Positions 1 to 13,312 of a stretch of 64,000 nt of DNA are shown here, piece after piece (position 1 is the stretch's first letter; the number at the start of each line of letters is the position of its first letter). The stretch comes from Eledone cirrhosa (Eukaryota), in NCBI GenBank assembly GCA_964016885.1, contig OZ024755.1, positions 21,204,001 to 21,268,000 on the forward strand. Reading direction: 5' to 3'. The position numbers and the translations under genes were made by a program. A model generated the notes under the pieces. The model worked only from the letters and a program-made list of their open reading frames with translations. It did not search any database and was not told where the DNA came from.

Positions 1-132
1 TTGTTATTGCAACTATTGTTAATGCGCCTATTGTTTTAGTGCCTATTGTTATTGTGCCTATTTAGCTCTTGACTCTTACATTCAGACTCCAATGACTAAC
101 AATAGTAACTGTATAATATTATTTCTATTGTT

Positions 133-316
133 GATTGGCAGTATCGGTAGAGGGTCGGACGCCATGCTTTCCAGCATAGTTACGTCCCTTAACGATCTGA
201 GTTCAAATCCCGCCGAGGTTGACTTTGCCTTTCACTCTTACGGGGTCGATAAAATAAAGTACCAGTAATGCACTGAGTAATTGCTGGCCTTGTGCCAAAC
301 GTAGAGACAATTATTT
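133..316 (+). mobile_element. tRNA-derived SINE, family 1 (Meta-domain-like core)
   Basis: A-box-like TGGCAGTATCGG, B-box GAGTTCAAATCC, core CTTTGCCTTTCAyyCTTACGGGGTCGATAAAATAAAGTACCAG, ATT tail; near-identical copies recur in the window. Confidence 0.8.
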
Positions 317-628
317 CTATTGTTGCCACTGACACAATGCCAAGCTCCATTTGTTTCTCACTACTTCATCTATTATTTTTACTCTGTTCACACATTTAAA
401 TTGATATTTCACTTCCGGAATCAATTACTGCAATCATCATTTTATGTTCTTTTTCAAATATATATATATATACCTACCCATATTTCCTCTAATTTCAGAT
501 ACAAACATTCTTTCCCATATAAATTCATGGCCTTAACTCTTCCTACTGAACAAATTATTGCCAATTATACATTATAGTTAAAACCTATTTTATTTATTTC
601 CTCTCACTTTATTTTCTGTCTATTCAAC

Positions 629-1490
629 TGTCTGTCTGTCTGTCTACCAGTCTCCTTTTATGTATGTCTGTCTATCAGTCTCCATTTATGTCTGTCTGTC
701 TATCAGTCTCCATTTATGTCTGTCTGTCTATCAGTCTCCTTTTATGTCTGTCTGTCTATCAGTCTCCTTTTATGTCTGTCTGTCTATCAGTCTCCTTTTA
801 TGTCTGTCTGTCTACCAGTCTCCTTTTATGTATGTCTGTCTATCAGTCTCCATTTATGTCTGTCTATCAGTCTCCATTTATGTCTGTCTATCAGTCTCCA
901 TTTATGTCTGTCTGTCGGTCTCCATTTATGTCTGTCTGTCTATCAGTCTCCTTTTATGTCTGTCTGCCTATCAGTCTCCTTTTATGTCTGTCTGTCTATC
1001 AGTCTCCTTTTATGTCTGTCTGTCTATCAGTCTCTTTTTATGTATGTCTGTCTATCAGTCTCCTTTTATGTATGTCTGTCTATCAGTCTCCATTTATGTC
1101 TGTCTATCAGTCTCCATTTATGTCTGTCTATCAGTCTCCATTTATGTCTGTCTGTCTATCAGTCTCCTTTTATGTATGTCTGTCTATCAGTCTCCATTTA
1201 TGTCTGTCTGTCTATCAGTCTCCTTTTTATGTCTGTCTGTCTATCAGTCTCCTTTTTATGTCTGTCTGTCTATCAGTCTCCTTTTATGTCTGTCTGTCCA
1301 CCAGTCTCCTTTTATGTCTGTCCGTCTATCAGTTTCTTTTTATGTCTGTCTGTCTATCAGTCTCCTTTTATGTCTGTCTGTCTATCAGTCTCCTTTTATG
1401 TCTGTCTGTCTATCAGTCTCCATTTATGTCTGTCTGTCTATCAGTCTCCTTTTATGTCTGTATGTCTATCAGTCTCCTTTTATGTCTGTC
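629..1490. repeat. Minisatellite, about 27-31 bp unit (TGTC)nTATCAGTCTCCWTTTA
   Basis: Direct tandem repetition; explains the three overlapping repetitive ORFs at 660-1576. Confidence 0.95.
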
Positions 1491-2430
1491 CAACTGCTTT
1501 TGTCTTCAGTCATAAATCTCTCTCAATAGTTAAGACTGGCTGTGGAATGTCTTCATTCCTAAATCTTTCTCAATAGTTAAGACTAGCTGTACACTAAACA
1601 ACAACTATGTGCAGTCCTTGTCTGTTGTTCATTTAAACTCAACATTGCTTTTGTGTTGATTTTTATTTGATTTTAGAAAAACACCCGTCAGCTACTTCAA
1701 AAAAAAAGATTTTTTTAATTTGACAGAAACATTTAGAAAACTTTAAAAGAATATTTTTTTTTAGTACAATTAAAACAACAAATTAATGTTAATTGTATTT
1801 GTTTGCCAGAGAATTTCCTTTTTTTGTTTATTTATTTTTTTTTTAAATTAAGTTACTTCCTGCAGGACAAAGAAATATATGTGTGGGTGGTTGTATGGTT
1901 GGGTGAGTGGATGTATGTGTGTATGTCTGTGATGGATGTATGAGTGTATGACTGTTGGATGTATGAGTGTATGACTGTGTTGGATCTATGGGTGTATGAC
2001 TGTGTTGGATGTATGGGTGGTTGGTTTTAACAGGAAATAAACACAAAATCATGTAAAATAGAATAGGAGTGCAACATAGGTGATATAAGGTAGACAGGAG
2101 GTCAACATAGCTGAGATAGTTGAGTAGATAAGGTATTGAACTGTCTAGTTATAGGTATTGAGTTCAAATTTGCTTCATGTATTTCATTGTCTGGGTAGAA
2201 CACTTTATTCTACATTTCTATCATAGTTCTCAGAAGTGTTGGTGAATATGTTATCAATGACTAGCATTCTATCCAGGAGGGATTTGTTTCTCGACTATTT
2301 TACATCTTAAAACCAAAATTAAGCACTGGTCCTTAAAAGACCCTTGTGCCCTTAAAGCATTTTTTACTACCAACATGTAACTACCATTCCCCCCCCCTCT
2401 CCCATCTCTCTCTCTATATATATATATATA

Positions 2431-2599
2431 GAGCCGTTTCGACGGCTAATTCTGGACTAATTAGTCCAGAATTAGCCATCGAAACGGCTTGAGCTCAGCC
2501 GTCGGGGTCCTACTCGTTCCTATTACCCACTCTACTACCCTAAGTATTGAGTACTTTGGTGCGTTATGGTCCACCTGGTTCCTTACCACATTTCCTTCG

Positions 2600-2600
<1 letters not shown>
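2431..2600 (+). mobile_element. Palindrome-headed short element between (TA)n tracts, possibly Penelope-like pLTR fragment
   Basis: 58-bp palindrome 2432-2489 (1 mismatch), then GAAAC-stem-GTC and tail ACTCTACT..GTATTGAGTAC shared with 19095-19197 and 57365-57514. Confidence 0.45.
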
Positions 2601-2633
<33 letters not shown>

Positions 2634-3197
2634 TCTCCTTTTGACACTCATATTGATACTCTCTCCTTATTTGACTTCTTAATCATCAACCCCCTTTAAA
2701 AGGGGTACTGTTTCCTGACAGAACAGACAATGTAGTGTGGTGGAGAATATTTGTCCACATTGGAATAAGGTAACTTCTCTAGTTTTGGTGCCATGACAAA
2801 ATACACCCACCACACTCTATAAAGTGATTGGTGTTAGGAAGAGCATCCTGTCATAGACACCATGTCCCCAGATTGAGATGTGTTCTTCCAACTTGTCTAG
2901 GGAGACACTAAGACCTAACTTAGACCATAACAACTTGTTTAACCCATGCCATCATAGAAATCAGATGTAAAATGGCGATGATGATGATGGGTGTTTTTGG
3001 ATATTCTACCCGATTCATTGCAGGTGTATTTGCTGTGAAGAATAAACAGAATTGTTTGTGAAGAGATTTGGTTGCTATGTTACCAAGTTAGGCAATTAGC
3101 CTCAAAGATGTTTGTTTGCTTGAAAAAAAGAAAACTGTTTGAAGAAAGAAGAGTGAACATGGAAGTTTGGGCAATTGGTGTTAATGATTAAGATGAT

Positions 3198-3450
3198 TAT
3201 CATCATCACCATCATCAACAGCATCACCTTTACCATCATCAACCCCATCACCATCATTAATACTACCACTATCATCACAATCATCAACACCACCACCCCT
3301 AACCATCACCAACCTAACCACCATCAACATCACCATCATCAACACTACCATCATCACCATCATCACCAACCTAACCACCAACAACACCATCATCACCCCC
3401 TAACCACCCTCACCACTGTCACCCCCCTAACCACCCTCACCACCATCATC
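3198..3450. repeat. (CAT/CAC)n low-complexity tract
   Basis: Degenerate trinucleotide repeat. Confidence 0.85.
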
Positions 3451-3536
3451 CTTGTTGTCATTGACATCTATCTCTGTTCTACACTCTCATATTAGAATTG
3501 GTTGGATATGTCTGTTATAAAACATTTCTCATGTAT

Positions 3537-3800
3537 CAAAACCTTGCATCATTACATCTCCCTTCTAAAATTTGACTTAACTCTCATCCGATTTTATGGT
3601 ATCTTTACATATATTTTCATTCCCATGTAACAAAACCTTGCATCATCACATCTCCCTTCTAAAATTTGACTTAACTCTCATCCGATTTTATGGTATCTTT
3701 ACATATATTTTCATTCCCATGTAACAAAACCTTGCATCATCACATCTCCCTTCTCATCTGACACACTCTTTATGGTATCACTACATATATTTTCACTACC
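3537..3800. repeat. Local tandem duplication, about 95 bp unit, about 2.5 copies
   Basis: AAAACCTTGCATCATyACATCTCCCTTCT... recurs at about 3538, 3633 and 3727. Confidence 0.8.
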
Positions 3801-4278
3801 AGTTCTAGTTCTTCTCCCAGCTCCTCGTCTTACTAATATAAATTGCCTCTCCTAATTCTTTAGCTCTTTCGTTACCATATTCCTAATGAAAGACACTGTT
3901 TGTGATTTTCAATTAATTTTCAAAATAATCTAGAACTTTGAGTAATTTAGTAATATAATTAAGATACAAATACAAATAAGAAATAAGTTGGAAGCCCGAC
4001 AATGCATGTTTAGTCATCAAAGCTCAGCTCACCCATCTCTCTCTCTCTCCCCCTCTATTTCCTCCTCTCTCTTTCTCTCAGAAATCAGCTGTGTTTAGGT
4101 TCTGTCGACCAAGAAATATCAGGACAGCGCCCCTACAACTCCATCATTAGTCAAGTCCCTCATGTTTGAGAATCACTGATATAGTGCCATTTCATTACTA
4201 TATATTTACAATGTATTTTTTAACAAGGAATAATTAAGATTTCATGATGTTATTATTATTTTTTTCTTTTGTCTTTAG

Positions 4279-4484
4279 ACGCGAGAAGTGGGCCCGTGAT
4301 CGCCATCGCCAGCATCAACGTGGAGGTCAGCTGAGAATGGGAGCTGATGAAAGCAAAGCTGGTAGATATGACTTGATGGGAGCCAGTGCTGTTGTTGGGA
4401 ACATGAGGAGGATGGCAGAACAAGCACAGCCATGGGCTCTCTTACATCAGTGTTCATTAGAACAGTGGAAATGTGGACATGCAG
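4279..4484 (+). CDS. SOCS-box protein, penultimate exon (candidate ATG at 4337, MGADESK...)
   Basis: Acceptor TTTTGTCTTTAG|, donor GCAG|GTAACA; open frame, phase 1 join (G+AA=Glu) is in frame with the exon at 5417. The acceptor implies a further upstream exon that was not identified. Confidence 0.75.
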
Positions 4485-4759
4485 GTAACAAAGAAATCTG
4501 TTATTTTAGAGCTTTAATAATCAATATAAAAATTCACTCATTATTCATGATCTTTCAATCTTTACCAAGCTCCCATGATATTTGATAGAGATCCAAAAAT
4601 TCATGCCCCCTCTTTCTTCTCACACTCAGTAAACACTCTACATCTAAAATCATGATTTTTTTTCTTTTTATCTTTGTATTTCTTACTTTATCTATTATAA
4701 AGTTCAATGCCTGTACTATGAACAAATAAATACATTTTTTTAAAATTTATCCTGTTTAA

Positions 4760-4954
4760 CCCATTAGCATTTAAACCGGCCATATCCGGCCATAATTTTC
4801 TCACATCTTTCTGTTCAAACCAGCCATAACCTGCCACTCATACCAATGTTTAAGTATTATTCTCAAAATAAATAATAGATTAGATATTATGTGAGATAAA
4901 ACCTTTACCATGAAAATACAATAGTAAATATAGACTAATGTAAATGCTAAAGGG
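4760..4954 (+). mobile_element. MITE with TTAA target duplication (piggyBac-type ends)
   Basis: TTAA|CCCATTAGCATTT...AAATGCTAAAGGG|TTAA; related copies at 16542-16881, 45157-45366, 52678-52860, 62665-62862. Confidence 0.8.
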
Positions 4955-5416
4955 TTAATGAAGAGGAAGGATAGTACCCATCCCATGGCCCTTTTTAATG
5001 CTTCTGAAACCTGGTCTGAATGTTAACAGAGTGAGCTCTGCTAAAGGCTCTTAAGAACTCAGCTAATTTGCCATCTTTTCATTAGTGGTAAGAAACTCTC
5101 AGGAGAGCTGGACAGCAGAAGGCCTTCAGAGAAGAAACCCCACACAATATATATCAATCTGCTGTCATAACAACTTAGCTGATTTGCCATCTTTTTGTTA
5201 TATATATCACATTTTTAAATTATATATAATTATATATTTTTACAACAAATGTATTTTTTTTTTGTTTCAACTTTACTTTATATTTAATATATATACATAC
5301 ATGCATGCACACACATACACACATATATATATATCATGTATATGTATGTATATAATATATATATATTTATTTAATTTAAACTATTTATGAGAAATTTGAT
5401 ATTGTTTCTATTTCAG

Positions 5417-6543
5417 AAGCTACTGGTTTTGGTGACTCCCTTCTAACATGTGATGGCTTGGTTTTTAAGGACTGTAGTCCTGCTTTCTGCACAAGTCGAC
5501 AAGGAATTATTGATATAAACAAAAGTAACTCGTTTTTCAGTTTTCGACGCAGAAGCAAATTCATCAAAATGGCAGAACATTTTGAGTACAACCATATTCC
5601 TGCCCAGTTGTCTTCGATTCAAAATTTCCATGTCAAAAGTGTATTATGTTACCATGACAACTTAGTCATTCTTCATCTTGTACAGAATATGATGACTCAA
5701 TTCGGAGTCATTGATTTGAGTATTAATAAATTTCTTGGACATTTCGGTAAACAGAATGTAGAATTTGTGAATGAAGCTTTATGGGGGGAGCTGAGTTCTG
5801 ATGACTCGACATGTTTGATAAAATTTCCAAATCTCCGCGGTGACAACAGTGCATCTGTTTTTCAACTTTACAACATCAAAACTAAACAGTTGATTAGTGA
5901 AGTTAGTTTACCATACAGTCACTCTTTGTTTGCATTTGATCCTAGATTTGGAAACCTCCGTCTTGCTGTAACCAGCTTCAGACAAGATGAAGATAACTCA
6001 CTTAGTCTAGTTAGAACAGACATCTGGGAAACGGTGTCATTCAACACACAAATTGATGTTTTCCGTGATATGCAGCGACTGAAGTTGAAAAACCTGCTCT
6101 ATTCAAAAGACGGCTTACTGATATTTGCAGTAATGATGACAGGTGGTTGTTTTTGCCGAGAGAAAAAAAGCCGCAAATATAACGCACTTACGATGGCTGT
6201 CTATGTATTTGACGGAGATACTTCACAAACATTATACTGTATCCAGTATATGAGATTTATATGTGGTCTGCATTCATGTCCTGTTAATTTTATGCCTGTT
6301 TTTTCTAACTGTGGTGACCGCATGGCTCTGGTACTTAACGTACCAGATTCTTCAACTGATCATATCCATGTTTACAAGCTTCCCAACAAAGGTAACCTTC
6401 AGAACCGTTGCCGTACAAGAATTTTACAATACTTTTCTCCAGAAATGATTCCTCGTCTACCATTACCTCAAAAACTTTTGGACTATTTACAATTCAAACC
6501 AGAATATGTCCAGCCTCCACCTTTAGTGTGTTCCAGATCATAA
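5417..6543 (+). CDS. Uncharacterised protein with C-terminal SOCS box and probable WD40-like beta-propeller, terminal exon
   Basis: Acceptor TTTCTATTTCAG|; 1.1-kb non-repetitive ORF; C-terminus LQNRCRTRILQYFSPEMIPRLPLPQKLLDYLQF matches BC-box (LQxxCRxxI) plus Cul5-box (LPLP); beta-strand-rich motifs such as FAFDPRF, LLYSKDG, PVFSNCG. Confidence 0.88.
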
Positions 6544-6859
6544 AGACTTTCGAAAACCAAAAAACAGAACAGAAATTTTAAAAACAAGATGAATAGATGA
6601 GGAATGAAAATTCAAATGGAAGAAGATAAAAAGGACTTTTATAAATGTGCAAAAAAAACACTCAAGGAACAATCATATTATTATTTAATTTATTATTATT
6701 ATTTTTTTTCTGAATTTCGAAAAAGGTTTACTTTATATTTATGTGATGTAAACGATATATCCCAGATAAAATATGGGATTTATCAAACATGTCTAAAGTG
6801 AATGTGATATATATGATCTATGGGAATATATCGAAATGATATATATGGATTTATCAACA

Positions 6860-7025
6860 TACACACACATAACAACAACATGAATGCGTACATATATACG
6901 TACATACATACATACACACACAACAACAACAATACATGCATACATGCATACCAGCACACATACACGCACGCATACACACATGCATACATACACACATACA
7001 CATACATACATGCATACATACACAC

Positions 7026-7070
<45 letters not shown>

Positions 7071-7090
7071 TACATTCACACACATACCTA
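6860..7090. repeat. (CA)n/(TACA)n microsatellite region
   Basis: Simple repeats downstream of the stop codon. Confidence 0.9.
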
Positions 7091-7314
7091 CTTCTGATAA
7101 AGCGCACTAACACAATGGATTTATCTAAATAGTAAATCTTGATTTAACAAGTATATCAAAAGATACACTCAATAATATTCATATAAAATATCAAATATAT
7201 TAATGTGATGATGACGATGATATCAGTTCAGTTGATGTAAAGATATCTTTTCTGGGTAGTCTACAGATTTATACAAGTAAATATGTTGTGAAAGATATCT
7301 TTGTTATATATGAC

Positions 7315-7740
7315 AATAAATACACATACATTTCTGCATGCCCTTACAAACACACACTCTACTGCATACAAACTTCAATATATTTACATACATTTTTGCA
7401 TGCTCTTGCACACACACTTACACACACACTACTGCATACATACTTCAATAAATACACATACATTTCTGCATGCCCTTACAAACACACACTCTACTGCATA
7501 CAAACTTCAATATATTTACATACATTTTTGCATGCTCTTGCACACACACTTACACACACACTACTGCATACATACTTCAATAAATACACATACATTTCTG
7601 CATGCCCTTACAAACACACACTCTACTGCATACAAACTTCAATATATTTACATACATTTTTGCATGCTCTTGCACACACACTTACACACACACTACTGCA
7701 TACATACTTCAATAAATACACATACATTTCTGCATGCTCT
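7315..7740. repeat. 132-bp tandem repeat, about 3.2 copies
   Basis: AATAAATACACATACATTTCTGCATG starts at 7315, 7447, 7579, 7711. Confidence 0.92.
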
Positions 7741-7929
7741 CTTTCACAAATACACACACACATTCACACAGTTTCTACTGCATACATATTTTAATATATT
7801 TAGATACATTGATGTAGGCACAATAGTAATATACTTGCATACATGTATGTATATATTGCATATACGCATGCTTACATTAATACATACATACATACGCATG
7901 CTTACATTAATACATACATGCATACATAC

Positions 7930-7964
<35 letters not shown>

Positions 7965-8477
7965 ACACACACACACACACACACATACACACACACACAC
8001 ATACACATACATACACACACATATACATACACATACACACACATACACATACATATTTACATGCATACATAATTATTTGCATACATACACACATACATAA
8101 TTCTGTGAGAATCCATAGGATACACTTGAAATCTCGGTGAATGAAAATTAGAAATGTCTAACCAAACGTCATGTGCTTTGCTTTGAAGAAACTCCTTGGG
8201 TGCAACATTTTTGCATGGAACCAATCAATGAATTTTAGCCAACAAATACAAGAAAAGCAAATCAAAATTACTAATAAGTCAACCTAGTCCTCCTCCACAT
8301 TACCCAATCCAAAACTTCGATATAATCTTCTCCTTACAGTTTATTTATACCTATTTTTCGTAGGGTTGTGGTGCTCATCCCTGTTTCGGTACAACCAATT
8401 CACTCAATACAATGATGTTGTTGTTATGCTATATAAGCCTTAACATTAACATGCACCTATTTTTCACTTGAAAATCT

Positions 8478-8732
<255 letters not shown>

Positions 8733-10540
8733 AAAGTACAAATATTTGGACAATGTCATCCTAATATCTTGGAGGTACCAGATGCTATATCTGATCTTAT
8801 AAATCATATAAAAAAGCACAAAAGAAGCAACAATAGTACTGAGTCTTAAAAATACAAATGAAGTTATCAAAGTTTCTAATATGTGTTCATGTGTCTCTGT
8901 TGGGATATAAGCTGGAGTACCATTCCTTTGTTTAGATGATACATTTTCAGTGAAATAGAATTCGAAGCGGTTAACTTTATTTTGGCCTTCTTTGCAGTGT
9001 CTTAAGGTCCTTGCTTCAATTTCGGCATACACTTTCGACTAGTGTCTTTCAACCAATTTCTTTTGTTTTTGCAAAATCTGGTGCCCCCAAGTCAAACATC
9101 AAAGTTTGTGGTATTATTAACTCTTTCAGTGCCATGTTTCTAATGAAAGACACTACCTACAGTTTTCAAATAATGTTTAATCAAAAATTTTGAAAGATTT
9201 TGTAATACAACTAACTTCCTCGTTATATAGTTGGTGTTTAGAACAAAACTTAATGAAAGTTCTTACAGATTATGATGGAAACCTTTTAAGCAAAAAATAT
9301 TATTGATTGATCAATTTTGTTGATTTTTATTTTATTTTAATTATTAAAATAAATTAAAACATGTAAAATATATTCTTAAATGAATCTTTCTAATGTTTAG
9401 TTGAAATTGATTTAATTCAATCGATACATTATGTATTGAACAATGTGTAATAGAATCAATTGCTATATTTTTCATAGTCATCAATAAATAAATATTGATT
9501 TAAAGATTATAAATAGCAATGCATAGGGTTTCTTTTTCGCAAAGGTTTTGTCTTTTTCAAAAGACATTATCTGATAGCTTTGTCACCAAACATCTGCCAT
9601 CTCAGGTCCTTAAACTATCTCCTTACTTGCATGTGATTGGGATGGAGTTGGCCACCCACAAGAATGAGCCCCGTAAGCTGGACTGATTCTTTCAGCATAT
9701 CTCCCTCGCTATCTTCTGGGGTAACACTTTTTTTTTAATTCTAACCACAAGAACCATGAGGTAACATCCACCCGAGGTTTTGCAATTCAGAGAGAGACAG
9801 AAGAAACAAACAAAAGAATGTGATAACTTTGAATTGGTTGATTCATGCTGTTACCATTAATCACTACACACACACACACACACACACTACACACCACACA
9901 CACACACACACACACCACACCACACCACACCACACCACACCACACCACACCACACACACAAAAGCACAGATTGAATAATTGTATAATTATTACATTAAGT
10001 AGATTTAAATTTTGTCAAATGTTACTGGTTTCAATTGGTATATCAATCTTAACAAAAGTTAGTTCATATATATATATACCCATGTTATCGTGGAAGGTGA
10101 ACATTAAATGATGATGATGATATCTATCTATCTATGTATGTATGTATGTATATAATCATCATCATCATTTTACGTCCGCTTTTCCCTGCTTGCAAGGGTG
10201 GATATATATATACCCATACTAGCATGGAAGATGGGCGTTAAACGATGATGATATATATACACACATACACGCACCATTAAAGAGGTTACATGATAAAAAG
10301 CTAACCAATGTAAATGAAACAAACTAGATTTATCTTTCAAAGTAAACCATGTAGCAGCTTCAGCTTGTTGGAACTTACCTTCTATCATATGGTTCTAGTG
10401 ATTTAGATTGATTAAGAAAGACACTCAAGATTCTATGTACAAGATATATCCTTGTAGATGAGCTGAATCCCATCATCAGTGATGTCACTTGGAGCCATAT
10501 GGTGTTTTGCCTCGTTCAAAACCATCTAACAGCTCATAGG

Positions 10541-10860
10541 GTGGTGGATTGGCAGTATCGGTAGAAGGCCGGACGCCATGCTTTGCAACATAGAGTTACA
10601 GCCCTTTACAATCTGAGTTCAAATCCCACCGAGGTTAACTTTGCCTTTCATCCTTACGGGGTCGATAAAATAAAGTACCAGTAATGTACTGGGTAATTGC
10701 TGGCCTTATGCCAAAAGTAGAAACAATTATTACTATTATTTGCGGAGTCAATGAAATAAAGCACCAGTAACGCACTGGGGTCGATTTAATCGACTTTCCC
10801 CTTCCCCTTTAAATTGCTGGCCTTGTGCCTAAAGTAAAAACGATTATTATTATTATTATC
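10541..10860 (+). mobile_element. SINE family 1 copy plus adjacent partial copy
   Basis: Near identity with 133-316. Confidence 0.8.
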
Positions 10861-11650
10861 TGCTAGTCACACAGCATTTGTTGCTGGTGATGTAATTCTA
10901 GTGCCAGCTGTCCACAACCAGTGGACTGAGGGGGCACCTTCAATTGTCTCATACTTTTCTGAGTACCTTGACAGTTCCAAGGAATGTTTGTTTTCTGTAG
11001 AGGCCTCACCCTGGTGCTGGCCCCAAATTGTTTTTAAATAGCTTATTATTATTATTATTATTATTGCTTAAAACAATCAAAATATACTGAAATAACCAAA
11101 TTCGTCCATAACATGCAAAAGTACATAAACAGACCAAATATTTATATATAGAATATTGTAAAAAGAAAAAAAAAAAAAAAAATCAGATACATATTTCTGC
11201 TTCTAACTCAAAATGAACCATTTAAACATGTAACTATAGTTACATTGAAGAAACTCTAATGAGATATTTTTAGCATTGTTTATATACAACAGTCATGGGC
11301 AAACTGTGATCCATTTGGCTTTCTCAATAGCACACCTAATTTGAATATTGCCTTGAATTCTTTAATAGTATGGCCCACCTTATGACGAGCCACGTCCTAT
11401 GCAGCACATTGCTAGAAAAAGGTTACCTCTGCCTGATATAGTGTAATATTTTTGACAATTAAATTATATAGAAGGTGGTGAATTGGTAATTTCATTAGAA
11501 CATTGGATAAAATGTTTTGTGGTATTCATTCTGGCTCTCTGTGCTCTTATTTCAAATCCCACCAAGGTCAACTTTGCCTTTCATCTTTTTAAGGTCTATA
11601 ATATAAATAAAGCACAAGTCCAGTGCTGGGGTTGACTCTTCTTCAATATG

Positions 11651-11688
<38 letters not shown>

Positions 11689-11703
11689 TCTGGAAGAAAT
11701 TGG

Positions 11704-11889
11704 GTGGATTGGCAGTATCGGTAGAGAGTCGGACGCCATGCTTTCCAGCATAGTTACGTCCCTTTACGATCTGAGTTCAAATCCCGCCGAGGTTGACTTT
11801 GCCTTTCATCCTTACGGGGTCGATAAAATAAAGTACCAGTAATGCACTGGGTAATTGCTGGCCTTGTGCCTAAAGTAGAAACAATTATC
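11704..11889 (+). mobile_element. SINE family 1 copy with target-site duplication
   Basis: Near identity with 133-316; flanked by direct repeat ATTATCTGGAAGAAATTGG on both sides. Confidence 0.85.
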
Positions 11890-12221
11890 TGGAAGAAATT
11901 GGTTGTGTTCAAGCCTAAAGGAGAGACACCCAGCCAGGTTTAAATTCCTTATGGCTCCCTTGGGAGTTAAGTGTCCCTGGCATGATATATATAGTATATA
12001 TCTGAGTTAAAGATCCTGCTATACAAAGCATAGGATTTTATAACTCTGTAGTGTGTTCTCAGTCAAGGTAATTCACTCTGCCTTTTATATTATGTTTTGT
12101 TGACTCTTTCAGGGTTGGATGATTAACTGTAGGAATAAATGATAAGTTCTTCTCATCTATTATAAAATGATAAAATGGATCCTGAATGTAAAACACAGCT
12201 CTATATTCACCCCACCCCCCT

Positions 12222-12260
<39 letters not shown>

Positions 12261-12539
12261 GGGATAGTCATGTTGCCAATATTGCCAATAGAAATTGTTC
12301 TGCAAGAATCTTGCAAAACAAATATATATATATATATATATATATAATCATCATCATCATTTTCTGTCCGTTTGCCATGCTGGCATGGTTTCTACAGCTT
12401 AATGCCATTTGTAACACCAATCACTTTAGAGAGTGTACTGGATGCATTTTATCAAGGCACCAATCCTACAGAGGTTATCATATCCTTGACATCACTAAAG
12501 AGTACTCTGTCCCCCACATTCTCACTATCCTATCACCAT

Positions 12540-12995
12540 ACTGTTTACAGAGTGTACTGAGTGTATTTTATCATGGCACCAAAGCACTAGATGTGTACAC
12601 TTTACAGAATAGGCTGGGTGCATTTTATTGTGGCACCAGCACTATCTCTTTACAGAGTGTACTGAGTGTATTTTATCATGGTACCAAAGCACTAGATGTG
12701 TACACTTTACAGAATAGGCTGGGTGCATTTTATTGTGGCACCAGCACTATCTCTTTACAGAGTATACTGAGTGTATTTTATCATGGCACCAAAGCACTAG
12801 ATGTGTACACTTTACAGAATAGGCTGGGTGCATTTTATTGTGGCACCAGCACTATCTCTTTACAGAGTATACTGATGGTATTTTATCATGGCACCAAAGC
12901 ACTAGATGTGTACTCTTTACAGAATAGGCTGGGTGCATTTTATTGTGGCACCAGCACTATCTCTTTACAGAGTGTACTGAGTGTATTTTAACATG
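12540..12995. repeat. 105-bp dimeric tandem repeat inside a dispersed element
   Basis: TTACAGAGTGTACTGAGTGTATTTTATCATGGCACC... about 4 units; related 45-bp monomer arrays at 17900-18055 and 33270-33725. Confidence 0.9.
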
Positions 12996-13232
12996 ACACC
13001 AAATCACTGAATGGAATGTGTATGTCTGTGGTTATATGTGTATTTATTTATTTCTGTATTCATTTTTGCTGGAAAATATTTATGAATGTCTAGGTGTATA
13101 AATGTATTTAATGAAAAAGGTGTCCTATCCTTGAAATATATGAGAAATAGTATTGTGTATAAATAGATAACAAATTTACATGTGACCTTATATATATATA
13201 TGTACAATATCAAATAATTAAACCAACACCTG

Positions 13233-13312
<80 letters not shown>

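Noticed and set aside
660-1576. Three overlapping ORFs of about 285 aa
   Set aside because: All frames are open only because the minisatellite lacks stop codons; the peptides are repetitive.
12167-12991. 274-aa ORF with 35-aa repeats
   Set aside because: Product of the 105-bp tandem repeat within a dispersed element.
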